Program-made: the position numbers and the translations under genes
Shown: in pieces, positions 8,239 to 18,300 of the stretch
Layout: each line of letters begins with the position of its first letter
Numbering within the stretch: position 1 is the first letter of the stretch
Notes under the pieces: model-generated
Seen by the model: only the letters and a program-made list of their open reading frames with translations
What the model was told of the DNA's origin: nothing
Database searches by the model: none
NCBI GenBank assembly: GCA_017455945.1
Contig: JAFTLM010000039.1
Location: 1 to 33,959, forward strand
Length of the DNA: 33,959 nt
Source of the DNA: Clostridia bacterium
GTDB taxonomy: Bacteria > Bacillota > Clostridia > Oscillospirales > CAG-272
Reading direction: 5' to 3'

Positions 8239-10983
8239 TCAGCTGTTGTCAGCGGCGTTTAAACCGCAGCACTTTTTGTATTTTTTACCGCTTCCGCAAG
8301 GGCAGGGAGCATTCCTGTCGATTTTTTCTGACTTCTTTATTATTACAGTCTTTTTCTGCGGAGCACCCTCAAAGCCCTCTGTAGTTGGCTTTGCAACCTC
8401 TACACGTTTGATTTCGGGAGCCTTGGGAGAAACGGTAAGGACTATTCTGACAGTGGTTTCTCTTATTTCGTCAACCATTGCGTCGAATATATCGGCACCC
8501 TGGATTCGGTATTCGTTTACGGGATCTCGTTGAGCATAGGATTGAAGCCCGATTTCGTGCTTGAGTTCGTCCATCACGTCAAGATGGTCCATCCAGTTTC
8601 TGTCAACAGTCTGAAGCAACGCGGCACGTTCTATTTCACGGAATTGATCGGGACCGAACAACTCTTCTTTCTGAGTGTAAACTTCCATAGCTCTGTTACA
8701 AAGTTTCTCGGTGATTTCTTCTCTGCCAAGCTTTTCAAGTTCTTCGCTCGTGAAGGCAGTATCTTCGTCGGTGAAGAGAATACCCTTGTATTTTTCGCGA
8801 AGACCTTCAATATCCCAGTTGGATTTTACCTCGTTGGAAGTCGCCTGCTCCGCCGCAATGGATATGGTAGCCGTTATCATATTCTTTATGGTGGCTGAGA
8901 TGTCGTTTCCATCAAGAACCTCGCGGCGCTGTTTGTAAATTACCTCACGCTGTTGGTTCATAACGTCGTCGTAGGTCAATACGTTCTTTCTGCGTTTGAA
9001 GTTGTTGTCCTCAATTCTCTTTTGAGCGGATTCAATGGAGTTGGAGAGTATCTTGGCATCTATGGGCGTGTTTTCTTCAAGTCCCAATGCGTTTACAACT
9101 CTTATAAGTCTGTCTGTACCGAACAACCGCATAAGATCATCCTCAAGAGACAAATAGAACTTGGATTCGCCGGGGTCACCCTGACGGCCCGAACGTCCTC
9201 GAAGCTGGTTGTCTATGCGTCGGCTTTCGTGACGCTCCGTGCCGAGAATAAACAGACCTCCCGCTTCCTTTACCTTTTGGGCTTCGGGAGCAATTTCGTT
9301 CTTGAACTTTTCGTAAAGTTCTGCGTATATAGCACGTGCTTCCTTTACTGCCTCGTCGTCAATTTCAGCGGTTCCCGTTGACATTGCAATAAGATTTTCA
9401 TCTATTTCACGTTTTCTCATCTCGTTTTTAGCCATATATTCGGGATTTCCGCCAAGCATAATGTCGGTTCCTCGACCTGCCATATTCGTGGATATGGTAA
9501 CCGCACCAAGCTTACCTGCCTGGGCTATTATCTCAGCCTCTTTTTCGTGATATTTCGCGTTGAGGACAGTATGGGGGATTCCTTTTACTTTCAGCTTGTG
9601 AGAAAGCTCCTCTGATTTTTCAATCGATACCGTACCTACAAGAATAGGCTGCCCTTTTTCGTGACAATCCATTATCTGACGAATAATGGCGTTATACTTA
9701 CCGTTTACGTTTTTGTAAACGCTGTCCGGATGGTCCTTTCTTATCATGGGACGGTTAGTTGGAATTTCGATAACGTCAAGACCGTATATTTCACGGAACT
9801 CTATTTCTTCGGTGAGAGCAGTACCCGTCATACCCGAAAGCTTATTGTACATTCTTAAATAATTCTGGAATGTAATTGTGGCAAGAGTCTTGTTTTCTCT
9901 TTCTATCTTAACGTGTTCTTTTGCCTCAATAGCCTGGTGAAGACCGTTGGAAAAACGGCGGCCGGGCATAATACGGCCTGTGAAAGCATCAACTATCATA
10001 ACACCGTTTTCATTGACAACGTAGTCTATATCGCGGTGCATACAGCCGTGTGCGCGTATAGCCTGGTTTATGTGATGTGCCAATTCGGCGTTTGCCGAGT
10101 CCGTGTATGATTCAACCCCGAAAAACTCTTCGGCTTTTGCCGCCCCCGAGGGAGTAAGAATGGCGTTGTTTGCCTTTTCGTCAACAATGTAATCGGCGTC
10201 AATGTCGCTGTGATCTTCCTTGTCGTCAAGCTCTTTGATGACATATTTTTTCAATTTTCTTACAAAGGCATCCGCACGGTCGTACATATCTGTGGCTTTG
10301 TCGCCCATTCCTGAAATTATAAGAGGGGTTCTTGCCTCGTCGATGAGAATGGAGTCCACCTCGTCCACTATAGCAAAGGCGTGACCTCTCTGGACGGTGC
10401 GTTCCTTGTAAATAGCTCTGTTGTCACGAAGATAGTCGAAACCGAATTCGTTGTTTGTTCCGTATGTTATGTCCGCGTTGTATGCGGCCTTTTTTTCTTC
10501 GTGAGATTGGTCGTGAACGATCAATCCGGTCTTTAAGCCGAGAAATTCGTATACACGTCCCATTTCCTCGCTGTCGCGGCGGGCAAGATAATCGTTTACC
10601 GTAACTATGTGCACGCCGTTGCCGGTAAGTGCGTTGAGATATGCGGGCATAGTGGCAACAAGAGTTTTACCTTCACCGGTTTTCATTTCCGCAATTCGCC
10701 CCTGGTGAAGAATAATACCGCCTATAAGCTGAACCCTGAAGGGCCTTTTGCCGAGAATTCTGTCGTCAGCCTCGCGAACAGCCGCAAAAGCATCGGGAAG
10801 AATGTCGTCAAGAGTTTCTCCTGCCGCCAGTCTTGCTTTGAGGGCAGGAGTGACTGAAGTGAGTTCTTCATTGCTCATAGATTTGTATTTGTCGGCAAGA
10901 GCCTCTATGCTGTCGGTAAGAGCCGTAATTTTCTTTAATTCACGTTCGCTGTAGGTGCCGAATATTTTACTAAAAAGTCCCAT
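8239..10983 (-). CDS. secA: Preprotein translocase ATPase SecA.
   Basis: Walker A MKTGEGKTLVA, the DEVDSILIDEARTPLIISG motif, GRQGDPG, and the C-terminal SEC-C zinc motif CPCGSGKKYKKCCG. 914 aa. RBS GGAAAGGA. Confidence 0.97.
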   Translation of the reverse strand: MGLFSKIFGTYSERELKKITALTDSIEALADKYKSMSNEELTSVTPALKARLAAGETLDDILPDAFAAVREADDRILGKRPFRVQLIGGIILHQGRIAEMKTGEGKTLVATMPAYLNALTGNGVHIVTVNDYLARRDSEEMGRVYEFLGLKTGLIVHDQSHEEKKAAYNADITYGTNNEFGFDYLRDNRAIYKERTVQRGHAFAIVDEVDSILIDEARTPLIISGMGDKATDMYDRADAFVRKLKKYVIKELDDKEDHSDIDADYIVDEKANNAILTPSGAAKAEEFFGVESYTDSANAELAHHINQAIRAHGCMHRDIDYVVNENGVMIVDAFTGRIMPGRRFSNGLHQAIEAKEHVKIERENKTLATITFQNYLRMYNKLSGMTGTALTEEIEFREIYGLDVIEIPTNRPMIRKDHPDSVYKNVNGKYNAIIRQIMDCHEKGQPILVGTVSIEKSEELSHKLKVKGIPHTVLNAKYHEKEAEIIAQAGKLGAVTISTNMAGRGTDIMLGGNPEYMAKNEMRKREIDENLIAMSTGTAEIDDEAVKEARAIYAELYEKFKNEIAPEAQKVKEAGGLFILGTERHESRRIDNQLRGRSGRQGDPGESKFYLSLEDDLMRLFGTDRLIRVVNALGLEENTPIDAKILSNSIESAQKRIEDNNFKRRKNVLTYDDVMNQQREVIYKQRREVLDGNDISATIKNMITATISIAAEQATSNEVKSNWDIEGLREKYKGILFTDEDTAFTSEELEKLGREEITEKLCNRAMEVYTQKEELFGPDQFREIERAALLQTVDRNWMDHLDVMDELKHEIGLQSYAQRDPVNEYRIQGADIFDAMVDEIRETTVRIVLTVSPKAPEIKRVEVAKPTTEGFEGAPQKKTVIIKKSEKIDRNAPCPCGSGKKYKKCCGLNAADNS

Positions 10984-11023
10984 CGGTAACGTATCCTTTC
11001 CTGAAAGAATAAATATTCATCTT

Positions 11024-11029
11024 ATTATA
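11024..11029 (-). promoter_or_regulatory. Candidate -10 box (TATAAT on the minus strand) for secA.
   Basis: The minus strand reads GTAGTATAATAAG about 40 nt upstream of the secA ATG. The best -35 at 17-nt spacing is only TTTTCT, so this call is weak. Confidence 0.25.
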
Positions 11030-11091
11030 CTACATTTCGGGCGAAAAGAAAACACTTATTTGTAAATTTTATTGCAAAAGCAAAAAATATA

Positions 11092-11120
11092 TTGAAAAAA
11101 GAAGTAAAAAGATGTATAAT
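11092..11120 (+). promoter_or_regulatory. Sigma-A-type promoter for trmL-mnmA-pcrA.
   Basis: TTGAAA (11092-11097), a 17-nt spacer, then TATAAT (11115-11120), about 35 nt upstream of the trmL ATG. Confidence 0.55.
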
Positions 11121-11154
11121 TAAGTAAATATCGCTTATAAAAAGGATTTTAGAA

Positions 11155-11661
11155 ATGGCAAAGATAAACATAGTGTTGCACGAACCCGAAATTCCGCAGA
11201 ATACGGGCAATATAGCGCGAACCTGTGCGGCTACGGGAGCGTCACTCCACCTTATCCGCCCTATGGGCTTTGAGGTGGACGATAAAAAACTGAAGCGTGC
11301 GGGACTTGACTACTGGCATCAGCTTGATATAACCTATTACGACGGGCTTGACGATTTTTATAATAAGCATCCGGAGGCGCAGATATATTATTTTTCAACG
11401 AAAGCACCAAGGGCGTATACCGGGGTTAGCTACGGCGATGAGGTGTTCCTTATGTTCGGTAAAGAGTCCAAAGGACTTCCCGAAGAGCTTCTGAAGGAAA
11501 ATAAACCGAGATGCGTTCGTATACCTATGCGTGAAAATCTCAGGAGCCTTAACCTGTCAAATGCCGCCGCCATAGCGGTTTATGAGGTGCTTCGTCAGCA
11601 TAACTTTGAAAATCTCGTGGAGGAGGGAAGCCTTACTCGCTTCTCGTGGGAGGAAGAATGA
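11155..11661 (+). CDS. trmL: tRNA (cytidine/uridine(34)-2'-O)-methyltransferase TrmL (SpoU/TrmH family).
   Basis: NIVLHEPEIPQNTGNIARTCAATGASLHLIRPMGF and the C-terminal knot motif LNLSNAAAIAVYE. About 168 aa, typical of TrmL. Confidence 0.85.
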   Translation: MAKINIVLHEPEIPQNTGNIARTCAATGASLHLIRPMGFEVDDKKLKRAGLDYWHQLDITYYDGLDDFYNKHPEAQIYYFSTKAPRAYTGVSYGDEVFLMFGKESKGLPEELLKENKPRCVRIPMRENLRSLNLSNAAAIAVYEVLRQHNFENLVEEGSLTRFSWEEE

Positions 11662-12689
11662 AAAAAGTTATGATAGGTATGAGCGGAGGGGTGGATAGCT
11701 CGGTTGCGGCGTATCTGCTTAAAGCAAACGGATATGACGTTACGGGTGTAACTCTTTTCCTGTGCCGTGAAAATCAGACCGATTCAGCCGATGCCAAAGC
11801 CGTTTCCGATAAAATCGGAATATCGCATATGAGCGATGATATGACCGAAATCTTTTCAAAAAGCGTTATGGACGATTTTGTTAAATGCTATATGGAAGGC
11901 GGAACACCTAACCCCTGTATTGTCTGCAATAAACATATAAAATTCGGAGCTATGCTTGACTATGCTCTGAACGTCGGAATGGATTATATTGCTACAGGAC
12001 ATTATGCACGCATTGAAAAAAACTCGGACGGAAGGCTTTTGTTGCGAAAAGCGAAGGATTTGTCGAAGGATCAGACATACGTCCTCTATTCGCTTACGCA
12101 AGAGCAGCTTTCTCGCGTTGTGTTTCCGCTTGGCGAGCTTTCCAAAAGCGAAGTGCGAGAGATCGCCGAGGCTAACGGATTTGTAAACGCCCATAAGCAG
12201 GACAGTCAGGATATATGCTTCGTGCCCGACGGCGATTATGCCTCTTTTATAGAGAGATATACGGGGAAGACCTTTCCGTGCGGCAGCTTTGTTGACCTGA
12301 ACGGAAACGTGCTTGGCGAGCATAAAGGAATTATAAGATATACCGTGGGTCAGCGAAAAGGGCTTGGCATAGCTCTTGGAAAGCCCGCATTCGTGTGTGC
12401 TAAAAATATTGAGGAAAACACAGTGGTGCTTGGCGATAACAGCGACCTGTTTTCTTCTGTGCTTACCGCCCACGACGTAAATCTTATAAGCTGTGACAGC
12501 ATAGATGAACCTATGAGAGTTGCGGCAAAGGTAAGATATAATCAAAAGGAACAGCCCGCTACCGTCGTCGGTATCGGTGACGGAAAAATAAGAGTAGAAT
12601 TTGACGAACCCCAACGAGCTATATCAAAAGGACAGTCCGTGGTGCTTTATGACGGAGATATAGTCGTTGGCGGAGGAATAATAGATTAG
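11658..12689 (+). CDS. mnmA: tRNA 2-thiouridine(34) synthase MnmA.
   Basis: PP-loop GMSGGVDSS, plus the catalytic Cys motifs NPCIVCN and DSQDICF. The ATG at 11658 is preceded by GGGAGGAAG and overlaps the trmL stop (ATGA). I prefer it to the GTG at 11646 listed in the ORF track. Confidence 0.9.
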   Translation: MKKVMIGMSGGVDSSVAAYLLKANGYDVTGVTLFLCRENQTDSADAKAVSDKIGISHMSDDMTEIFSKSVMDDFVKCYMEGGTPNPCIVCNKHIKFGAMLDYALNVGMDYIATGHYARIEKNSDGRLLLRKAKDLSKDQTYVLYSLTQEQLSRVVFPLGELSKSEVREIAEANGFVNAHKQDSQDICFVPDGDYASFIERYTGKTFPCGSFVDLNGNVLGEHKGIIRYTVGQRKGLGIALGKPAFVCAKNIEENTVVLGDNSDLFSSVLTAHDVNLISCDSIDEPMRVAAKVRYNQKEQPATVVGIGDGKIRVEFDEPQRAISKGQSVVLYDGDIVVGGGIID

Positions 12690-12697
12690 GAGCAAAA

Positions 12698-15100
12698 ATG
12701 ACACTTGAACAAAGATATTTAGATGCAAAAAAGACACTTTTTGATAAAGCGTATTCGTCTTTGAACGATATGCAAAAAGATGCGGTGTTTACCGTTAACA
12801 ACCCACTTCTTGTAATAGCGGGAGCGGGAAGCGGAAAAACTACCGTTCTTGTCCGCCGAATAGCCTTTATCATTAAGTACGGAAACGCTTACCACAGTAC
12901 ATACGTCCCCTACGGAGTAGACGAAGAACACGTTTCAAGCCTGGAAAAAGCTGCTGAAAATGTTGACGGAGAAGAGCTTGAAGCCATACTTTCGCAGTTC
13001 TCCTCAAGTCCCTGTGAACCCTGGAGAATGCTGGCTATTACCTTTACCAATAAAGCCGCAAAAGAAATCAAAGACAGATTGGCGTCAGAGGTCGGAAATG
13101 AGGATATCTCAAAAGAGGTATGGGCTGGTACCTTCCACTCGATTTGTATGCGTATCCTCCGCACTCACGGCGAGAAGGTGGGCTACCGTGCGGGATTTTC
13201 GATTTACGATGCCGATGACAGCAAAAAAGCAATAGCCACGGCTATGAAAAATCTCAATATAGACGAAAAAGCATTCCCCATAAAAGTGGTTGCCAATATC
13301 ATCAGTGACGCCAAAAACCGCCTCCTTAACCCCGAAATGTTTGAGAGTGAAGCGGGAAACGACTTCAGACTAAAAAAGGTCGCCGCTATTTATAAACAGT
13401 ACCAGACAACTATGATGCAGTCCAACGTCCTTGACTTCGACGACATCATAATGAAAACCGTTGAACTCCTCGACAAATTTGAAGAGGTGCGTAAAAACTA
13501 CCAAGCACGCTTCAAATACGTGTGCGTTGACGAGTATCAGGACACCAACGAGGCGCAGTTCAAGCTCACCGCGCTCCTTGCGGGAGGATACCGTAATCTT
13601 ATGGTCGTGGGCGACGATGACCAGAGTATATACAAATTCCGCGGAGCAACCATCGAAAATATCCTTAATTTTGACAGAGTGTTCAGCGACGCCAAGGTCA
13701 TCAAGCTTGAGCAAAACTACCGCTCAACACAAACCATACTCGACGCCGCAAACGCGGTTATCAAGAATAACGTGGGCAGAAGAGGGAAGAACCTCTGGAC
13801 GAATGCGGGAGCAGGCGAGAAAATATACGTAAAAAAGACCGAGGACCAGAATTCCGAAGCCAGATTTATCGTCGATAAGATAAATTCTTACGTTTCCGCA
13901 AAGAAAGCCGAATTTAAGGACTTTGCGGTGCTTTACAGAAATAACGCCCAGTCAAGTACCATAGAAAAGACCTTCGCCAAAAGCGGAATCCCATACAGAA
14001 TGCTTGGCGGTACACGCTTTAACGACCGTAAAGAAATCAGAGATATCGTTGCCTACCTGCACGTTATAGAAAACCACGATGACAGAGAACGACTTCTCCG
14101 TATCATCAACGTGCCCAGCCGTAAGATAGGAGATAAAACCCTTGAGGCAGTGGAGGATATCGCGGGCGAGCAGGGCTGTTCAATGTTCGACGTCATAGAA
14201 AACGCCGATAAATATAAAGCCCTTGAGAAAAGCGCGGGTAAGCTTATGGCGTTTGCCGACCTCATAAACTACTTGGGAGGCATCGCGGAGGATATTTCGA
14301 TAGAAGGCCTTATCAGAGAGACCCTCGACCGTTCGGGATACCGACAGATGCTTATTGACGGCGGCGAGCCCGAGCAGGAAAGACTTGATAACCTTGACGA
14401 ATTTATTTCGGGCGCAATCGATTATGAGCGTTCGCTTGAAAATGACCCCGATTTACCCCCCACACTCTTCGGCTTCCTTGAGGAAAATGCCCTCGTCGCA
14501 GACGTGGATAAATATGACGATAAAGCGGATGCCGTGGTGCTTATGACCGTGCATAGCTCTAAAGGACTTGAATTTCCCATAGTCTTCCTGCCCGGTATGG
14601 AGGACGGAATATTCCCCGGTATGCAGTCGGTTATGGGAAGCGATGCCGAAATAGAAGAGGAACGCCGCCTTGCCTACGTGGCAATTACACGTGCAAAAAG
14701 GGAACTCTTTATCAGCCACGTGAACAGCCGCCTGCTCTATGGAAAAACCTCATATAACCCCGAGTCGAGATTTTTGAGAGAGATCCCCGATGAGCTTGTA
14801 AAACGTGACGAGCCCTTTTCGCAGATGCGGAAGCTTAACAGCCTGCCCTTTGATAGCGGCTACGATAAACCCAGATACGAAAAGATAACCATAAACCGTA
14901 ATACTTCCGCACGTCCCGCCGCCCCGATGGGTAAAAAAGAAACCTTCAATGAGGGCGACGTGGTAGAACACGCAACCTTTGGCAGAGGAGAAATCCTTTC
15001 CGCAAAAATTGTGGGTGCCGATACACTATACGAAATCGCCTTTGATAAGGTGGGAACCAAGAAGCTTATGGCAAGCTTCGCAAAGCTCAAAAAAATATGA
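12698..15100 (+). CDS. pcrA: ATP-dependent DNA helicase PcrA (UvrD/Rep superfamily 1).
   Basis: Motifs AGAGSGKTTVL, TFTNKAA, DEYQDTN, VGDDDQSIYKFRGA, QNYRST, TVHSSKGLEFP and RRLAYVAITRAK, plus a C-terminal Tudor-like GDVVEHATFGRGEI segment. Confidence 0.93.
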   Translation: MTLEQRYLDAKKTLFDKAYSSLNDMQKDAVFTVNNPLLVIAGAGSGKTTVLVRRIAFIIKYGNAYHSTYVPYGVDEEHVSSLEKAAENVDGEELEAILSQFSSSPCEPWRMLAITFTNKAAKEIKDRLASEVGNEDISKEVWAGTFHSICMRILRTHGEKVGYRAGFSIYDADDSKKAIATAMKNLNIDEKAFPIKVVANIISDAKNRLLNPEMFESEAGNDFRLKKVAAIYKQYQTTMMQSNVLDFDDIIMKTVELLDKFEEVRKNYQARFKYVCVDEYQDTNEAQFKLTALLAGGYRNLMVVGDDDQSIYKFRGATIENILNFDRVFSDAKVIKLEQNYRSTQTILDAANAVIKNNVGRRGKNLWTNAGAGEKIYVKKTEDQNSEARFIVDKINSYVSAKKAEFKDFAVLYRNNAQSSTIEKTFAKSGIPYRMLGGTRFNDRKEIRDIVAYLHVIENHDDRERLLRIINVPSRKIGDKTLEAVEDIAGEQGCSMFDVIENADKYKALEKSAGKLMAFADLINYLGGIAEDISIEGLIRETLDRSGYRQMLIDGGEPEQERLDNLDEFISGAIDYERSLENDPDLPPTLFGFLEENALVADVDKYDDKADAVVLMTVHSSKGLEFPIVFLPGMEDGIFPGMQSVMGSDAEIEEERRLAYVAITRAKRELFISHVNSRLLYGKTSYNPESRFLREIPDELVKRDEPFSQMRKLNSLPFDSGYDKPRYEKITINRNTSARPAAPMGKKETFNEGDVVEHATFGRGEILSAKIVGADTLYEIAFDKVGTKKLMASFAKLKKI

Positions 15101-15104
15101 CGTT

Positions 15105-15132
15105 AAGCGCGCGGGAAGACCACGCGCTTTTC
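15105..15132 (+). terminator. Rho-independent terminator after pcrA.
   Basis: AAGCGCG (15105-15111) pairs with CGCGCTT (15123-15129), followed by TTTC. Confidence 0.6.
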
Positions 15133-15287
15133 TGTGTGATCTCATATCAGTGCGAAAAATTCAAGATAATTTGCTGTAATTTTTTAAGGAAACCCTGAGA
15201 AAATTGGTGTACAATAGAAGAGAAAATTTGTGAAATATGTATATATGATGTTTGAATATTTCGTTTGATTTGCCGAAACTGTTTTTA

Positions 15288-15316
15288 TTGACTTTCGCAA
15301 ATTAAAGTGATATAAT
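15288..15316 (+). promoter_or_regulatory. Strong sigma-A-type promoter with an extended -10, driving the giant secreted-protein gene.
   Basis: TTGACT (15288-15293), a 17-nt spacer, then TGATATAAT with TATAAT at 15311-15316. Confidence 0.65.
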
Positions 15317-15349
15317 ATTATTATGTATACCAATCCAAATTTGTAAAAC

Positions 15350-15379
15350 ATTTTATAAAACATAATTTTATAAAACATA
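15350..15379 (+). repeat. Perfect tandem 15-nt direct repeat (ATTTTATAAAACATA x2) in the 5' UTR, ending 1 nt before the RBS AGGAGA.
   Basis: 15350-15364 and 15365-15379 are identical. A degenerate third copy (ATTTGTAAAACA) lies immediately upstream. Confidence 0.9.
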
Positions 15380-15391
15380 AAGGAGAATTCT

Positions 15392-18300
15392 ATGAACGCA
15401 AAAAAATTACTTGCGCTTTTGTTGACGGTAGTAATGCTCGTTTCGGCACTTCCTCTCGGCGTGTTCGCCGCAGAAGAAACGGAACCCGTAACCGAGAGCA
15501 CAACCGAAACAACAGCCTACGAAAGCCAGGACTATTATTGGAAATTGGATTTCAATAAAGCCACGGTTTCAGACACTGCGACCACCGTGTTTGATGCAGG
15601 TAAAACAGACCCTGCATACAACCCCTACGGCTTTGGTCTTTCCGGTGCTACCAACTTAACAAAAGCATACGTAAAGAAGCGTGCCGAGGGGGATAACTAT
15701 GTGCATGTTGCATACGATATTCACCAAAACTCTTCTTGGCGCGGTGCACAAATCAGCGTCGGAAAAGACGGAATGTCTGCTTCTGTCTTTAATACCATAT
15801 CCTTTGAAATGGATTTCCGTTGGCAGGGATATGCCTATACAACAGATGAACATACCTTTACAAGAGGTGACATTCCGCTTGTACAGATCAGACGTTATGC
15901 CAATAACCCATATACCTTTATTATGGCAAGAGAGAGAGACAATGGAGACCTTAATTTGTACGTAAACAAAATGGCTAATGCAAACTTCATCACAACCATA
16001 AAGAAGGGTGCGGAAAAGTTTACAAATATAAAGGTCGTCTATTACGATATAACTCAAACCTATTCGATATACATCGACGGTGTTCTCGTTGCGGAAGGTA
16101 AAACCACAAGCAACGATTACAGAAGTGATTCGTACGTTACGTCCACCTTTGAACAGTATGATATGTTCAATACGTCCCGTGAACAGAATCCTACCTCGAA
16201 TCCTTACATTACGTTCCAGGTTATGAGACTTGACTACGGCACCAAAAACTACGTCGACGGTAAATGTGCTTGCGGTGTCACGACGAAAATTATACCGCCT
16301 ATACAATTTGATATCGATAACCTTATCGTAAGAAATTACGATATCAAAGAGGGCGTGACCCCATATTATGAAAACACCTTTGATGCAACGTTTTCCGGAC
16401 TTGTTGACGGAGCGGGCGGAAATGCCTATACCTGGCACAAACTCGGTTCTCAATATACTACCAACGACGGAACCTTTTGCGTAAGCAAGGGTACCTATAC
16501 CGGAAATACCTACGTAGACGTAGAGCCCGGCGGACGCTTTAATCTTAAGGACGTATATCAGTTTGTCCAGGACGGAAACTACGTAATAGAATTTAATGCC
16601 CGTGCTACCTCTGCGGGAAATAACCCATTACTCAGAATGCATACCGGTTCTGATACACAGGCTTGGCTGACCGTTGACCAAGACGGATATTTATACCTCA
16701 GCGGAATAAAGACAACGGCGCAAATAACCGCTCACAAGGACGCAGAGGGAAATATTATCAATCAGGATCAATGGACGAAGATTGCACTTGCCGTTACCGT
16801 TGATAAGGGCGGCGCTGCCATAGGTAAAATAAGTAACTATCTTGATATAAAAGCAAACGACAGTCTCCGTTACCAGCTTGCTCTTTTCGTTGACGGCGAC
16901 CTTGTTGCCGTAAACGGTGACGTGACAAGAGCTGAATTTTTGCGAAGCGGAAGCACCGGAAGCAATTTTAAATTGCTTGATGACAGAGAAGTCACAAAGA
17001 AGGCGGTTACAGAGGAGCCTGCTGCCGCAACGCTTGCAACGTATACCAAGCTTGACTACGTAAGAACAATAAACACAGATAATAAGGCTTATTACTACTA
17101 TGACACCGCAACCGGTGATATCTATCAGCTTCAGTATGATGCTGACGGAGTATTCGTTCCGGGTACTGTAAGCGAGGGTGTCGGTACGGGAAGTATATGG
17201 CTTGACGTTACGGGCACCAATCACGCCGACGTTATCGGCTTCTTTAACAATAATGATACCTCAGAAAAACCCGGCAGTAATATCTCGGGTGCTGTAGACA
17301 ACCTTAAAATATACAGCGGCGTTATCCCGCTTGATTACGCCTCTACTCCCTCCGAAACCACGGGTGTGCTTGCCGAGGTTGATTTTACTAAGTTTACTGC
17401 CTCCACATATTCGGGTCGCAAGGGTTGCGTAATGGGGAATTACAAGGGCGGTGACACGGGTGTTGCGCTTTTGGGTAGCTGGCACTCGGACAAAGTAACC
17501 AATAACGAGGGATATTCAACGTACACAATGACCGCTAACAGTGAGACGTATTTTGACATCTTTACGCAAAATATGGGCGGAAAGATATTCTCTGTAGAGC
17601 TGACTGTCCGCAACCTCGTGCCGAGTGCGAACCTCTGCTTGTTTAAGCTCAGAAGACAGGAATCTCCTACAAAATCTAATTACACCTCAGACCTTTTGTA
17701 CGTAACTCCCGACGGTGATCTTTACTATACAGCAAATTCCACAAATTACTTCCTTTGCGATAAAGACGGAAATCGCTATAACGTCGGCGGCGAAACCTGG
17801 ATGACCCCCGAGGCAATAGTTGACGAGACCGGAACAAAAGCGCTTGTTACCTACCTTGTAAACGGTGAGGTGGCGTACTCTGTTCCTCAAGGTGCGGCAA
17901 CCGGTACAGTTCCCACTATGGCGGCTCTCGTTGAGGGTGTTGTTTCCGCAACGGTATTTGGACTCAGAAACGCAATAGACCAGCGTGTACGTTACGTCCA
18001 TACGGGCGGAAACAGTTATTTCTGCACAGATATCAAGAACATCAAGGCAGAATACACAACTCTTCCCGAAATAGTTCAGCAGGCACAGGGCTATTATGAG
18101 GTTGAAGCAAGCGAATTTGGCGGTGGACTTTATTCCGCAAAAATCGACCTTAAAAACTTCGACAAGGGCTATGACGTAAAGCTTCTTATGCCTATGCGTC
18201 AGGTTACTGTAAGTACCCCCACGTACAGCTTTGAAACACTTTACGCAGAGGCTACAACAGGATACCTCTTCTTCAAGCACGACAACGGATACAAGCACTA

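Noticed and set aside
11646-11657. The GTG at 11646 as the mnmA start (as listed in the ORF track).
   Set aside because: The ATG at 11658 has a properly spaced GGGAGGAAG RBS, gives the canonical MKKV..GMSGGVDSS N-terminus, and forms an ATGA stop/start overlap with trmL.
15338-15379. The tandem repeat as a CRISPR array or minisatellite.
   Set aside because: There are only 2 perfect 15-nt units, with no spacers and no cas genes. It is a leader-region direct repeat, not a CRISPR array.
15184-15501. A 105-aa minus-strand ORF across the promoter and 5' end of the giant gene. The short ORF at 11025-11210 in the secA/trmL intergenic region is similar.
   Set aside because: These are AT-rich intergenic or promoter DNA read in frame. 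They overlap promoters, RBSs and signal-peptide-coding sequence on the other strand, and have no translation signals.
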